DNA of 64,000 nt from Podarcis filfolensis (Eukaryota). The notes under the pieces are model-generated. The model saw only the letters and a list, made by a program, of their open reading frames with translations. It was not told the DNA's origin and did not search any database. Positions 25,801-38,234 of the stretch are shown here, piece after piece. Made by a program: the position numbers and the translations under genes. The stretch lies in the NCBI GenBank assembly GCA_964270895.1, contig OZ185438.1; one strand, given 5' to 3'. Every line of letters starts with the position of its first letter. Position 1 is the first letter of the stretch.

Positions 25801-28800
25801 GTGCCACGTTTCTAAGCTCAGGTCCAAGCTTTAAAGCTCTGGGAATATCCACACTTCCTCTTGTCCCCCTGCTTTGCCCCAGTTGGAGCCAACAGCAATT
25901 CATATTTTCTCCAGCTTAACATTGGCTCCAACCTAACACTAAAGGGTGGGTTTTCCTGGGGAAGTGAATGGGGCATGTCTAGAAAGCATGTGTTAAGCAG
26001 AAAACAGCTTAGTCCCATGCTTTCTAGGGACAAGCAGAAGTGTGGATGAGCCCACTGTGCCCAAGCATATGTTTAAGCTTAAATAATCACTTCGTCTTTT
26101 CATCTCTTATATTGGGCGACTGTTGTCCTCTGTTGTCATTTTTTTGTTATTTGTACTTTTACACTTTTGTATGAAGATGACACTTTTCTGGCGATTTCAT
26201 GCTAAATCCGTAGGAGTTTATCACCAACGTAAGGTTTGCCTATAAACATCATGTTATTTAGTGCTACCACCACATGTTGGCCATTCATGTGTTTCCAGAA
26301 TGCCCATAAAAGGAAAATAAGATGAATAAAACTGTAAATTGGTGAAGTTTCTCTTGAATTTCACAGTGGTGGCAAAAATAACGATTGTTTTGAGAATAAC
26401 ATCCAGTTCTTTTCTGTACGCAGGTTTGCGAAGACAAAGGCTTAGAAACTGCCTGTCTGCTATAAAAGAAGATGGCAGGGAATGAAATTTTCAAATGCAC
26501 TGAGCACCCACAACTAGTTGAAGATTCTTTAAACTAGGTCATTTGTAGCTTGCTTATGATCACACAGAAGCTAGGAAGAAACTCCAAATTTCCAAAGTCA
26601 TATTTCAAAAATATAACCATGGGCTCATTTTACCTCTTTTGCTGCAGTACCACATCAACTCTATCATAGTCTGCTACCTGGATAATAACACCTCCAGGAA
26701 CCATAACTGAAGCTCTGCTCTTTAAAGAACTCACCACCACCACCCTTGTTTGTAAATGTTCTTAAAATATTTTAAAGGGGGACCAGAAAGTCCATGCAGA
26801 ACCATCAAAGCTGTGTTAGCAGAGGGCCATTTCATTTAGCAAGAAAAAGCGAGACATTTCCTGCAGGAATATTTGCCCTAACAAAAAATGTCAAGGAGTA
26901 GGTGAGATAGAGCTGAAGAAATACAAATGGAAGGTTGCAACCCTATACATGCATATTGTACACTGTTAACTATGAGAAATGGCTTGCAACACAATTTTTA
27001 TGAGTGTGTGTTAATTTACTTCTAAAGAAACTGAGAATCCGACATAAAGTCATTCTTATTTAATTGAAATCCTTTTTTAAAAAATAACATTGCTAATGCA
27101 CACTTCAAAGCAAATGCAGTTCGCTACATCGATATTGCAAGTTGGAAGGGACCATGGCTAGGTGATTTACAACAACCTTGCAGAGTTGTCCAACCTACGG
27201 CAGGTTGGGCTGAAACTGGGAGAGTAGCTTGCAGTCTACTGTGACCATTTTAGAGAGGCTCTGCATTTCACCAACATATGAAGTATGGCTGGTGTGGATG
27301 TGGCACAGGGCCTTTTTGGTTGTGGTGTCTAAGCTCTAAAACACAGATGGGGAACCTCAGGCCCAGGGCTTCTTTATCTTGCCCATGGGCAAGATGCACC
27401 CTCTTGAACCAAACTGCTTTGCCTGACTGATTTGTGCCTGGAAGTCTGATAAAGCTTCTTGCTCACCTAGATAAAGGACAAGGAAGTAAGTGTGACTATG
27501 AAGATGCTAGCCTACCAGAAAAATGATAACATTCATTGCTCTGCGCAATTTTGTATCTGTCCCTGCCAACCAATGGCATGTGCCCCTCCAATTTTTTTTT
27601 TTAAGAAATTGCCCCCAAAGGCACAACAGTTCTCATGCTAAAAAATATTCCTTACCCTTGCTCTAGAACTCTTTCTCTTCTGATTCTCCACTAACCATTT
27701 AATTCTTAACGAGTAGAAAAATGTGAATGCCATCTTGTTTCAGCAGGCTTTTAATACCAGATTATGGGTTTTGCTGCCTGATCTTGTAGCTGATTGTGCT
27801 CTCTTCTGCATAGCAAGCTGTTGATTCCTTATTGTTTTGGATTATATTTTGTCTTTTATGATTGCATGTCACTTTGGCTGAAAAACAATGTATATATTTT
27901 AAAAATAATTTAATTTAAAAAAAAAACTCCTAGCATTTACTTACCCATGTAGAGACTGACAAACATAGCATGCATAGCGGCAGAAATGTGAGATTGCATC
28001 AAGAGTTTAGCATTTGCTATTGTCTTGTCACGTGACTCGTGTATTTCCCCATGGGGGGCATATGTATACCATGTAGTACAATTAAATGCTGTATAGGCTG
28101 ACTTGGTCAGGCACACCTTGGAAGGGAAGGCATTCCACAGTCCTTGCACTTTGCAGCCTTATCAAGGCTCTTTGCACTTTTCACAACATTCATCAGATGA
28201 GAACGAGCCTCGTACTTCTGCTGAATCTCACTTCAGGCTGAACATCAATAGAAATTCTAATTTTAATTCTGCTGCTTGTATATTGGGAAGTTAGTAAATA
28301 TTGTGCTTTTGGGGGACAAATACTCTCTCTCGCACACAAGACAATTCACTTCTTCCCTGGTCTGCTCCTTAGTTTTCTGCCCCCATTTCCAAGAGGACCT
28401 GATGCATGGGAGAGAAGTTCCAGAGATACGTGAAGCTGAAGGCATAACCTCTGCATAGATTTCTGGAACACAGCAATTATTCATTGCAATAAATGGTTGT
28501 ATTAACATTCATTGTACCAATTGCGGATTTGAGTGAATGATTTATTATGCTCACTTGAACTGTGCGTTAAGACATATATACATGAAGTTAATTAAGAAAA
28601 TAAGTCAAATAAGAGGAGGATATTTATAGAGTAATGGTTGCTGCAGAGATTAAATAGATTTTCTCTCTCCTTTGTATAATTTAAAAACTTGTGGGTTATG
28701 CACTGAAGTTAAATGGCACAGATTCAGAACAGAAATTATAACTACTACTTCACTCAGGACACCATTAACATTTGTTTATTATCTGTACTTACAGCCCCCC

Positions 28801-30782
28801 TTCACCAGGTGGTCCTAGGAAGGCTTACAAAAATGTCACAGTTAAAACATCTTGCATTAAAATAACAAAACCACAAAACTACTAATGGCAAAAAACAAAA
28901 ACCACCAGCAGCATGGCTGCTATGGGGATGGCATAGCACATAATTAGAGTGTTACAGTCATGGTTAAACTTTTTCCCGTAAATGCTAGTAAAGGCTTAAC
29001 TCATTGAACTTATGCTTGTCATGCAACTGTGAAAGGCACAAGAATCCCCTTCCCTCATGCCAACCCAGAAGTTTCAGACTACTTTTTCAGGGGAAGAACC
29101 ACCAATATTGTTTTCAGGGCCCTCCTGTCCATGCGATGCAGCTACATGACAAGTGACTGGAAGTTCTGCACATGTTAGGTGAAAATGAAGTGATGGTTGA
29201 TATACATGCTTTGATCCTAATACGTGCTTTAGTCCCCGGAAAAAAGTGAAGCACAGAATGTGATGGTAACACTAAATGATTCTCCTTTCAGCACCATACC
29301 TTTTTATTCGTTCAAGACTCTGAAGACTATATTAGTTTGAACTATAGATTCACTTGTAAAGCTCAATGGTCTCTGCACACAAGTTTAGTACTGACTTCTA
29401 GGGCAGTATCTTCTCATTCTGGCTATATATTTATAAGGCTTTCTACTGGGAAGGAAGCCATCAAACAGCATTTCATCTAGCAATAGATGGGTTGTAACTT
29501 ATGTTCCTCTTCTGTCAGAGTTCATCTAGGCCTTGCAACACTTTCTTCTTGCCAAATATTTATAGCTGAGTTATAAGAGTCGCTGATAGGAACTTCAAGC
29601 TTCCTCCAAAAAGTCCAGACAAGGGTATTTAGAGTTGAGGTGTCCTGAATCTTCACTAGTTTCATGTGTTTTTATGTTTTTTAAGAAACCAGCACTTTGG
29701 GTACATAGAAGTATTTTTCATAAATTAAATGGGGGCCCCAATTTCAGAAGTTTTGTCTGGCTACCAGTTGCTTAGTAGATAACTAACTGAGGCAGGGCTG
29801 ATGCCTCCATATCCAACTTGTAGCTTCTAGGTAAGAAAAAGAGGATGCAACTTTTTCCTCACCAGGAAATGCTGAATTTTAAAAAAAGCTTCAGCATGTC
29901 TTTCTGTTTTCAGTTCTTACCAAGGATTGTTTAAAAGAAGGCTGTCGTGGCCATGATGGGGTTACCATAGAGATAAGGTGCTTGCTATGTAAAACCAGTT
30001 GTTCCATCATTGGCTTTATAACAGACCTGCAAGAAGAAAGGGATAGAGTGTAGGGGTTTGAGATGTATGGTAGCTAGATCTATTTGATCTGTGTATTTAA
30101 GAGCTTTCAGCGGGGCAGAGAAAGTGGTGTTGAACAATCAGAGCTACACAAGGAGCATAAGCAAGTACATATGGGTGTTGGGATTTCATTCCTTCCCACT
30201 GCTGATGTGTGATTGTTTTCATCACATGTCTGTGTTGACATTCCACACTGTTGGAGTCATGAGAACATAAGCTGAGTTACACTGTTCCGTTATGTTATGC
30301 TTTTGCATTTTCTGTTCTCTCTCGGATGAGAAGGAGAGAAGACCCATGATTTCTTTGTTCTGTAACACTTGATCTTGTACATAATAAATTAGCTTAGTAT
30401 TCTACACCTCAAGTCCAGCTTCTGCTTTGAACTCTGCTATGTTTGTGTGTGCATATATCTTCAGATATATGCCGCAGTAGCAACTCGGGACAGAAGAGTG
30501 ATGAATCATCCCAAGGGCCGCTTTGGAGGAAAAGACGCAGTTCCCTGGCATTTTCCTAACAATGGGGAGCTGAATTTTTAGAAATGAAGCAACAAAGCAG
30601 ACTGGATCCAGGATTGCTGAAGAACTAGGTTATGACACACACATACATCCCTGATTTGAGCAGTTGGCACAGAGAGCAGTGAACTTCCCTCCTCCCCTTC
30701 CTTGATTGCATCTGCCATCATTCAGTGCACCTGTCATCATTCAGAATATAGGGCCTTGCTTTGCAAGCTGCTTCCCTCCAAT

Positions 30783-30981
30783 CACTGGTGGAGGAAGAGG
30801 AGTACGGGGAGAGCATACCGCCCCCAGCAGCGCAATCCCCAGGGTGCCATCGCAGCTGCTCCCCCACCCGCGCTGGGCACCCCGCCCCTGCAGGTGGTGC
30901 GCCCCGCCCATGGGACGCACACCAGTCCCGCCCCTGCCTGCTCTCCGCCCCCCGGTGCTGGAGCATGAAGCTCAGCCACTG
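30783..30981. mobile_element. GC-rich hAT-type MITE, 199 bp
   Basis: Perfect 8-bp TSD cctccaat (30775-30782, 30982-30989); imperfect TIR cactggtggag vs cagtggctgag. Confidence 0.8.
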
Positions 30982-33900
30982 CCTCCAATGATGCTATCTG
31001 CTGCCCTGCACTGAGGTCATGCAATTTCAGGCTTCTTCAGATTGTGAAAACAGTTACTGAAAGGGGGTTGCACTGAAATGGATAGGATTCACTAGGTGTA
31101 ATTAAAGTTAGAGCTGTAAATCAAAGAAGCTTCAGTTGACCATGTGGCGGAAAGGTTCATTTAAAAAAAGAACTAGTTTCATCCTGTCCAAAAGGGAACT
31201 AGTTCAGGTTTGTCCTTTTGCAAAACAAACTAGCATTCCCACGCCCAGCAATCAGAACGTTACAAGCTGCTGTGCTAAGGTATAAGGTCCAAAGGTAAAT
31301 CAGGGACCTCACAGAGGTAATAAGATGTCTGGCAGACATAATGCCAACTGGTGAAGCTTTCCATATAGTATTCTAGTATTCCATAGGGTATTCTAGTATT
31401 TTCATACTAGAAAAGGCTTGCCTTGTTCAATTTGCATTAGCTATACAGCTTTTAAAGGCACAACATATTGATTGTTTCCTGTACCTGTACTTGCTGCAAG
31501 TTGTTCCTGTTTGAAGAGAGTGAAAACCTTCAGCAGGAAAAATACAGGAAATACATCATATTTAAATGGCATTAAATTACAAAATCTCTGATCTACTAAA
31601 GGAATTGTAAAAAAAAAAACCCAAACACCCAAAAACATATAATTTACAAGAAATGAGTCATTATTAAAAGCAAATGAAGGAGCATCTTGGACACTATATT
31701 TCAATCCCAATTAAAATAACAGACTAATGGGCCTACTAATTACAATTTATATTTACTGAAAACTGGTTCCCACCAATGAAGGATGTGACATTAAGCAGTA
31801 GAGAGCAATAGTAAGAAAAAGTGGGCCAGTGGCATATATTTTTTGTGATTAACATTTTCCTGCTCCATTTAAAATTCCATGTTGATATTTCTTGTTGATG
31901 TATTTAAAATCATTTAGTAAATCCTAAGTTGAAAACAAGGGTAAATTTAATATTACATGCTCCAGATTCAAAGGGCAAACCAATGTAACTGCTTGTATAT
32001 GTTTTGCTATCTGGGGTTTTGTATGCATGTAGGAATATAAAATACATATTCATGCAAACATAATTTTGAGACAATTTACTGGAGAGAAATCTAACTTGTA
32101 ACAAAGAATTGCCTTGTGTTAGAATGCCATACGTGATGCCCAAAGGTCATACCATAATTTGAAAACCAAATTAATCCAGTAGAGTACTGTTACCTTCCTT
32201 ATTAATATGATTTAGTGTGACCTTGTTTCACCATTGTTTCAAGATAACTTTGTTATTATTCCTCCTTTGCATTTTTGCCTCTATGTTCCCACCTCCCCCA
32301 GACAAGAACTAAAATTCCAGCTGTACCCTATTCAGTTTACCATCTGTTGAACATTTGGATTCATTTGCTAATACTGGCATCTTTCGTCTGCAGGGAATTT
32401 TTCCTGCCAAATGACCACTTTTCCCCCACACATCATCTTAAAGGTTAGATTCCTCTGTGGGCAGTCAATCTATTGGAGACCATTTGTGTTATTTACTTTA
32501 GTTCGGGAAACAATGCTTGATATAAACAACTAGGCACTCAGGATTTATTAAGGCTTACCATGCAGATAAGTGCATGTCAAAGCTAAAGCTACTGAAAAAG
32601 ATTGCTCCCCGTCTTCTGTCACATAAATCAGAATTGCAGTGCCTTCTCTTGAACAATATTAATATAATTTGCAGTTAAAAAATAATCAAAGTATGTGAGA
32701 AGCTGCTGGTTTAAAAGCCTTGTTTATGTGAAGTTACAGTGACCTTTATTTGCTGCCCTCACAAAAGTGCCTCATTTCCCCCTCTTCTGTTAGTATTTCC
32801 CTCCTCACACACACACCCCAGTAGGACGCATACAGGAATCATACAATGATGTGAAAAATATTGTTGAATATGTACTACAATATATATGGAATACTAGGCA
32901 TGAGCAAATCATTTTGAAAGTCTTCAGTGGACAGAACAGTGCTTTATAGAACAGCTGAGCTGCCATGGAAAAGCCACGCCATGTTCCCCCTTTGTTCCAC
33001 ATTATGAAGTCATTAAATCAAATTAGTCATTAATTAGGTTGTCAAGCCAAATTATGCAATGTTGTCAATATATGTTGAAATATATTATTCAACTCATAAT
33101 TTCCAGAGCAAATTCCAACAAGTAATAAATGTTGTAATGCCATTTTCAGTGGTAAGAGGCGGTATTCAGCAGAGAGTTAAAAATATGTATGTAAGGGTAA
33201 AGGTCTGGGGAGATATAAAAGGTCATTGCTGGAGCCTAAAAAACATCCACATGGGGGCCATGGGTCCCAGAAAATGCATTCACCAACAGGCCAGCCCCTC
33301 TTAACCACCTACCACAAACTCTTGGTGTATGGTTACCATTTGGTAAAAGTTGAATTCAGAGTATTGATAAGAAAACACAAGTAAGTTAAGTCGCATGACA
33401 ACTTTTATGTCAGATTGAGGCAGAAGAAGTGTGATGCTGTAAAACTCAGGTGTGGAAAGTGGCTGCATTGGGTGGTCGGCGGTTGCGGCCCCTTGTGGGC
33501 TGCCATCCATTCCCTGGTACCAAGGAGTCACATACTATGTAATGACAGCAAAAGGTGCAGAAAATGTCTTTTTCCACAAATGGAAGGGCTGTTTTACTCC
33601 TTGCATTACAGCACAGTGCAAGTACAACTAAACTCTGCAAGGATTTTATTCCATTCTCACAAGAACCTATGCAATTGAAACAATGAGAAATGCTGCAAAA
33701 TCTACCTGTTATAGTGATGTCTGTCCTCTTGTGCAAGCTCTTAAGAATCTCTAAAACAGTGCTATAAACTGTTCTCCTCCATTCACAGAACTTTGAATCT
33801 GAACCAAGTCTTTGAACTGGCCTGACTCACCTTTTCTTTTTATTTAGAGTTGGAAACCTTGCTGAATTAAATTGCTAGGCAGATCGACATCTTGGGCATC

Positions 33901-35054
33901 AATTATTTAGCAAAGGCAGTGAGTAATGCTTAGCTTCCATAAAAGCCAAATCTAAATGGTTGCCATGTGTAGGCTATGAATATGGTGATGTATCGTCTAA
34001 TGCAACAAAACAGCCTGACTTTAGTCAGCCAATTTGTAAAAGAATTAATGCTTTCCAGCTCATTTCATACAGCTACGGCACGTGGATATGACAACTCTAG
34101 CTATTTCTTTAATTAGGGAAATTGCTACTGCTATTCAAACTGCTTGCCTTGTGTTCCATTTTGCTAAGGTGACCCAGGAGACTTAAGAAAACAGAGAGAC
34201 CCCATGGCACCCTCCTAAACAACTACATACAGTTCTCAGTTGAATTGAAATACCTGGAACTGTGTGAATCGTTTTGGAGGAGGAAGATAAAAATACACCG
34301 CACAACAATAAAAGATGAATTACATTCAGTTTTGCTTTCAGCTAACAAACCTAGAATTACTCGCGCTGACGAGGCCTTACCTTGAAATGAACCCATAGAA
34401 ACAGCATGTATGAAGGCAGCCAGGAACTTAAGCTATCAATTATCTAAGTACAAAACACCTCAATGCAGCTTTAATACCTGGATAGGGCATTTAGAACTGG
34501 AATTTAAGGCACAGCATGCTCAGTTTAAACAAAGTTTAAATGTAGATTTGGAAGGAAATACACCGCTGATGATACTTCAATGATTACGAATGTAGCTGGG
34601 AAATAAAAGATAAGCTTGACAATGGGACAGTAGGCAGTTTGAAGAAAGGAGAAAAACACTTTAAAAGGATAGATGGTATAGAAGACTACAGAGATTTAAA
34701 GCCACTGAGGGCTGGACAAATAGGCATCAATATAGCCTAATTATATACACAAAGCAGCAGATGAAGCTTATACAACTCAACCCCTGAAGAACTGTGCCAC
34801 CTATACAAGCATTATTGAAGCAAACATAGCTACAGCTTTTGTCAATGCTTTTAATGCTATATTGAGAACTGTTGTCTAGATGTTGTACAGTGCAGGTACA
34901 GCGTGGGATGCACAAAATGCATCAATATGCTCAGATCTGCCACATAGCATCTGTTGATATTCAGTAACCAGCCTTCTGTAAGATCAAGTTGCAGAAGTCA
35001 AGTTCTAGGCAGAAATAAACCACAACGTGGTCCAATTCCATTGATCCTCTACAC

Positions 35055-35923
35055 CAGTGTTTTTCAGCCACTGTTCCGCGGCACACTAGTGTGCCGCGAG
35101 ATGTTGCCTGGTGTGCCGTGGGAAAAATTGAAAAATTCGAAAGATTTTTTTTAAAAAAATGTCAAATTTTCGCCCACTAGGCGGGCGCCGGACTGTGTCC
35201 ACCCTATTTTCCATCCGTCCTGGGTGGGGATCAGATCGGATGGGATCGGATGAGAGCGGACAGGCGGTCCGCTCTCATCCGATTCCCCATAGAGAGCAGC
35301 GGGGCTCTGACATCTCCCTCTCATCACACAGTGCGGAGACGGAGCTGTCATCCGCCGGCTCAGCGGGGATCAGCGGATTGATCCCCGCTGAGCAGAGAAC
35401 GGTCCGCAACGCTTTTGTTTGCCATTAAAGAAAAAAATATTAAACCATGCTTGACTTTACAGGAGCAGGAGGAACTAACTGAACTGAGACAAAATCGTGG
35501 TTTCAAGCTAAGATTTGCTGATCTACCTTTGGACATATCTGTGTGAGATGAGCTTTTCAAGCATGATTGCTATAAAAACTAAATACAGAAAGAGACTGAG
35601 AGCTGTTGACGAAGAGCTACATGTGTGTCTTTCTTCGATTCCAGCCAGAATATCAGCTTTGTGTTCAGCCAAACAGGCCCAGGTTGCGCACTGAATAAAG
35701 TATTTTATAATTTTTCATATTTCTGTTTACTTACTATTTCATAATAAAGTAATTATAAAATACTTTCTTTGTGTTTATTTGATTCCTATTCAAGAGAATT
35801 ACTTTATATATAGTCAATATAGGCACAGAGTTAATTTTTTTAACATTTTCTAATGGTGGTGTGCCTCATGTTTTTTTTCATGAAACAAGTGTGCCTTTGC
35901 CCAAAAAAGGTTGAAAAACACTG
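35055..35923 (+). mobile_element. hAT-Charlie/Buster-type internal deletion derivative, 869 bp
   Basis: Perfect 8-bp TSD ctctacac (35047-35054, 35924-35931); TIR cagtgtttttca(g/a)cc, 14/15; transposase C-terminal remnant inside. Confidence 0.93.
35448..35694 (+). pseudogene. hAT transposase C-terminal (dimerisation domain) remnant
   Basis: Translates [29 protein letters not shown], then a frameshifting deletion, then [53 protein letters not shown]. Matches the Charlie/Buster 'TYLCE..FS....KTKYR.RL...QAQ.SH' pattern; AATAAA overlaps the stop (35694-35699). Confidence 0.85.
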
Positions 35924-36137
35924 CTCTACACCACTGAAAGTTTGGATATTGTTTTGCTTTTGAGGCAAAGATTGTACAGTAGTCTTTTCCAACCCTAGAA
36001 AAGATGCCACATTTACTGAGTAATAGCAACATATATGACTCTTAAACCAAGACTTTAAAATCTTTCCTGAATGATTAGTTTCTATTATCTGTGAATATGT
36101 ATAGCCTAAGTATGTTTTCTCAAAGTATGGCCTAGTT

Positions 36138-36660
36138 CTATTACTGTATGGCCCCTGACTTGCGTTGGAGAAATTTAAAAAGGGGGTTTCCAGACTGGAG
36201 CGTACACTCACAGAAACACAGAAGAAAAGGACGCAAGCTCCAAGTGAAAAGATAGGTTTTTATTGAAATGCAAATGTGCATAGGGACAGCCTCAAAAATA
36301 AGGAGAAGGCTGCAAAGAACCCCATACAAAGCAATTTTTAAAAATACATTTCCAGAATACACATGTCATTTCTATTCACCAATCAAAGGATCACAGCAAA
36401 CTTAATACTTGCAACCCAATGTCATCATCCTGAACCAATCAAAATCATTTGGCTCTTCAGATAAGCCCTTATCATAATATCATGTGACTACATATAACCA
36501 TTTTTCAGTGTCTTTCTTTATTAAGACTTTGACTAATTTTCCTGTTCACTACATGTCCCCCCAATGACCTCTTTCATCCGTCTACAAAACAATTCAAGAA
36601 TAATCACAATTGTCATGTCTAGCTGATTCTCTTTTCATGCTTACACCATAGGGTCTAACA
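36138..36660 (-). mobile_element. Probable solo LTR, ~520 bp
   Basis: Ends t(a)ttac...ggtctaaca; possible 4-bp TSD gttc/gttt; minus-strand AATAAA near 36259-36264; repeated accaatcaaa boxes. Family not identified. Confidence 0.45.
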
Positions 36661-36848
36661 GTTTATTTTTTTCAGTGTTCTGGATTAGACATTCACTATG
36701 TACAGTACCTAAAAGCAGCTCATTCTGTACTGTAAAAGGCAAGTACAAGACCTTTTAGTTTATCTAGGTCACAGAATCAAGAGAAAATGGAATAATGAAA
36801 ATACAGTTTTATGAAATTATTATTTTCTCCAATGTTTGTGACTCTCAG

Positions 36849-36976
36849 AGAACATAAGAAGAGCTATGCTGGATTAGTCGAAAGGCCCATCTAGTCCAGC
36901 AAACTGTTCTCACAGGGATCAACCAGATGCCTATGGGAAGCCTGTGAACAGGACCTGAGTGCGACAACCCTCTCTT
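36849..36976 (-). mobile_element. CR1-type 3' end fragment
   Basis: agaacataagaagagc...ggcccatctagtccagc...ttctcacag...aaccagatgcctatggg is the reverse complement of a CR1 tail; similar to 15003-15093. Confidence 0.7.
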
Positions 36977-38234
36977 GGTGCCATACATCTTCAATTCATC
37001 AACCACTCCCCACCCCATACCACTCATCATCACTAGGACATCACTATTCTATGTTATCCAACATATAGAGAAAGCAGGGGACCATTATGCAGCTCATTAG
37101 CTACTGCCCTCACGGTATCCTAATCTTCAGTGAAAGAACTGGGACTGAAAGACCAATAAAACATGGGGATGTACTGGAGCTAAGTTATAAGCAAGCACAA
37201 TATGTGAGTCTGCATAATCTATTTTCTGCTTCTGTTAAGCCGGGGGACCTTAATTTATAATTACTGTGCTTTTTGGAGAACACGCCATTCTGTAAGCACC
37301 TGATCCCTCCACTTTAATCCCAGGTATTTTGGTCCTAGAATAACCTTGGTTTCAGTTGAGTTAGAATATTGACAAAGTGTTAAGCCGAATTTTCCCATCG
37401 AAGCAAGTGCATTAAACCATGCAGTGAGATGCAAGAATAAACCACGTCAAAAATATTATTATGATCCATGGGCTTTCATATTATAGGGACATTCACTTAA
37501 AACAAAGAACCGGTATGAGTAAAAAAACCAAAAAACTCTTCAGAACAGGATGTACTGTATAGTCAAGGAACTATCTTGAATATAAACACTATTACTACGA
37601 TAGATTCTTTTTGTGAAACATTTGAGCCTACTCACAGCAAGTAAGACCACGCCTTTCTTTCGATCACCTTGTTTCACTAAATCATTGTGTTTTGTTTTTG
37701 AGTACTAGAAGCCAGCTTTAAAGTTATATATATGTAACCACTCTTCAAGCTTAGGTTATGAAAACAAAATTAAACCTTGAACTAGCTGTCAGGCTGATGG
37801 TTACCTCCTTGCAGCAGTTTATTGGCAACTGCTGTTGGCATGGAAACAGCTTAGTTGAATGCAAACATAACATCCTGATATCATTCATGATGTCACAAAC
37901 AGTGTAAGCTCCAAGTCTTGGCAAAGTCTGATATAGCTAACAGTTGGACCAAGTCTACACACTGTCATGATGGATGCTCATAGCAGGTGATGAAGGGGTT
38001 TATTTTGGAGCTATATTAAGTTTTCATATGGGTGTAGTTTTGATCTGATCTGCAGATTGGTTTGTCAGCCAGTACCCATAAAAACTGAGGTCAAGGTCAA
38101 TCAATACTAAAAAGCTTTGCCACTGATTCAAGACATAGCTTTGCCAATGTCATGGAACAGTCAGTGCAGGAACAGTTACCAGCCCGTATTAAGAAAAGCT
38201 GGAAAGGAAAACACCTTTGTGGCTATCTCCTATC

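Noticed and set aside
27946-28216. Minus-strand exon ending at a strong donor (TGG|gtaagt)
   Set aside because: Only weak acceptors upstream and no recognisable peptide in any frame.
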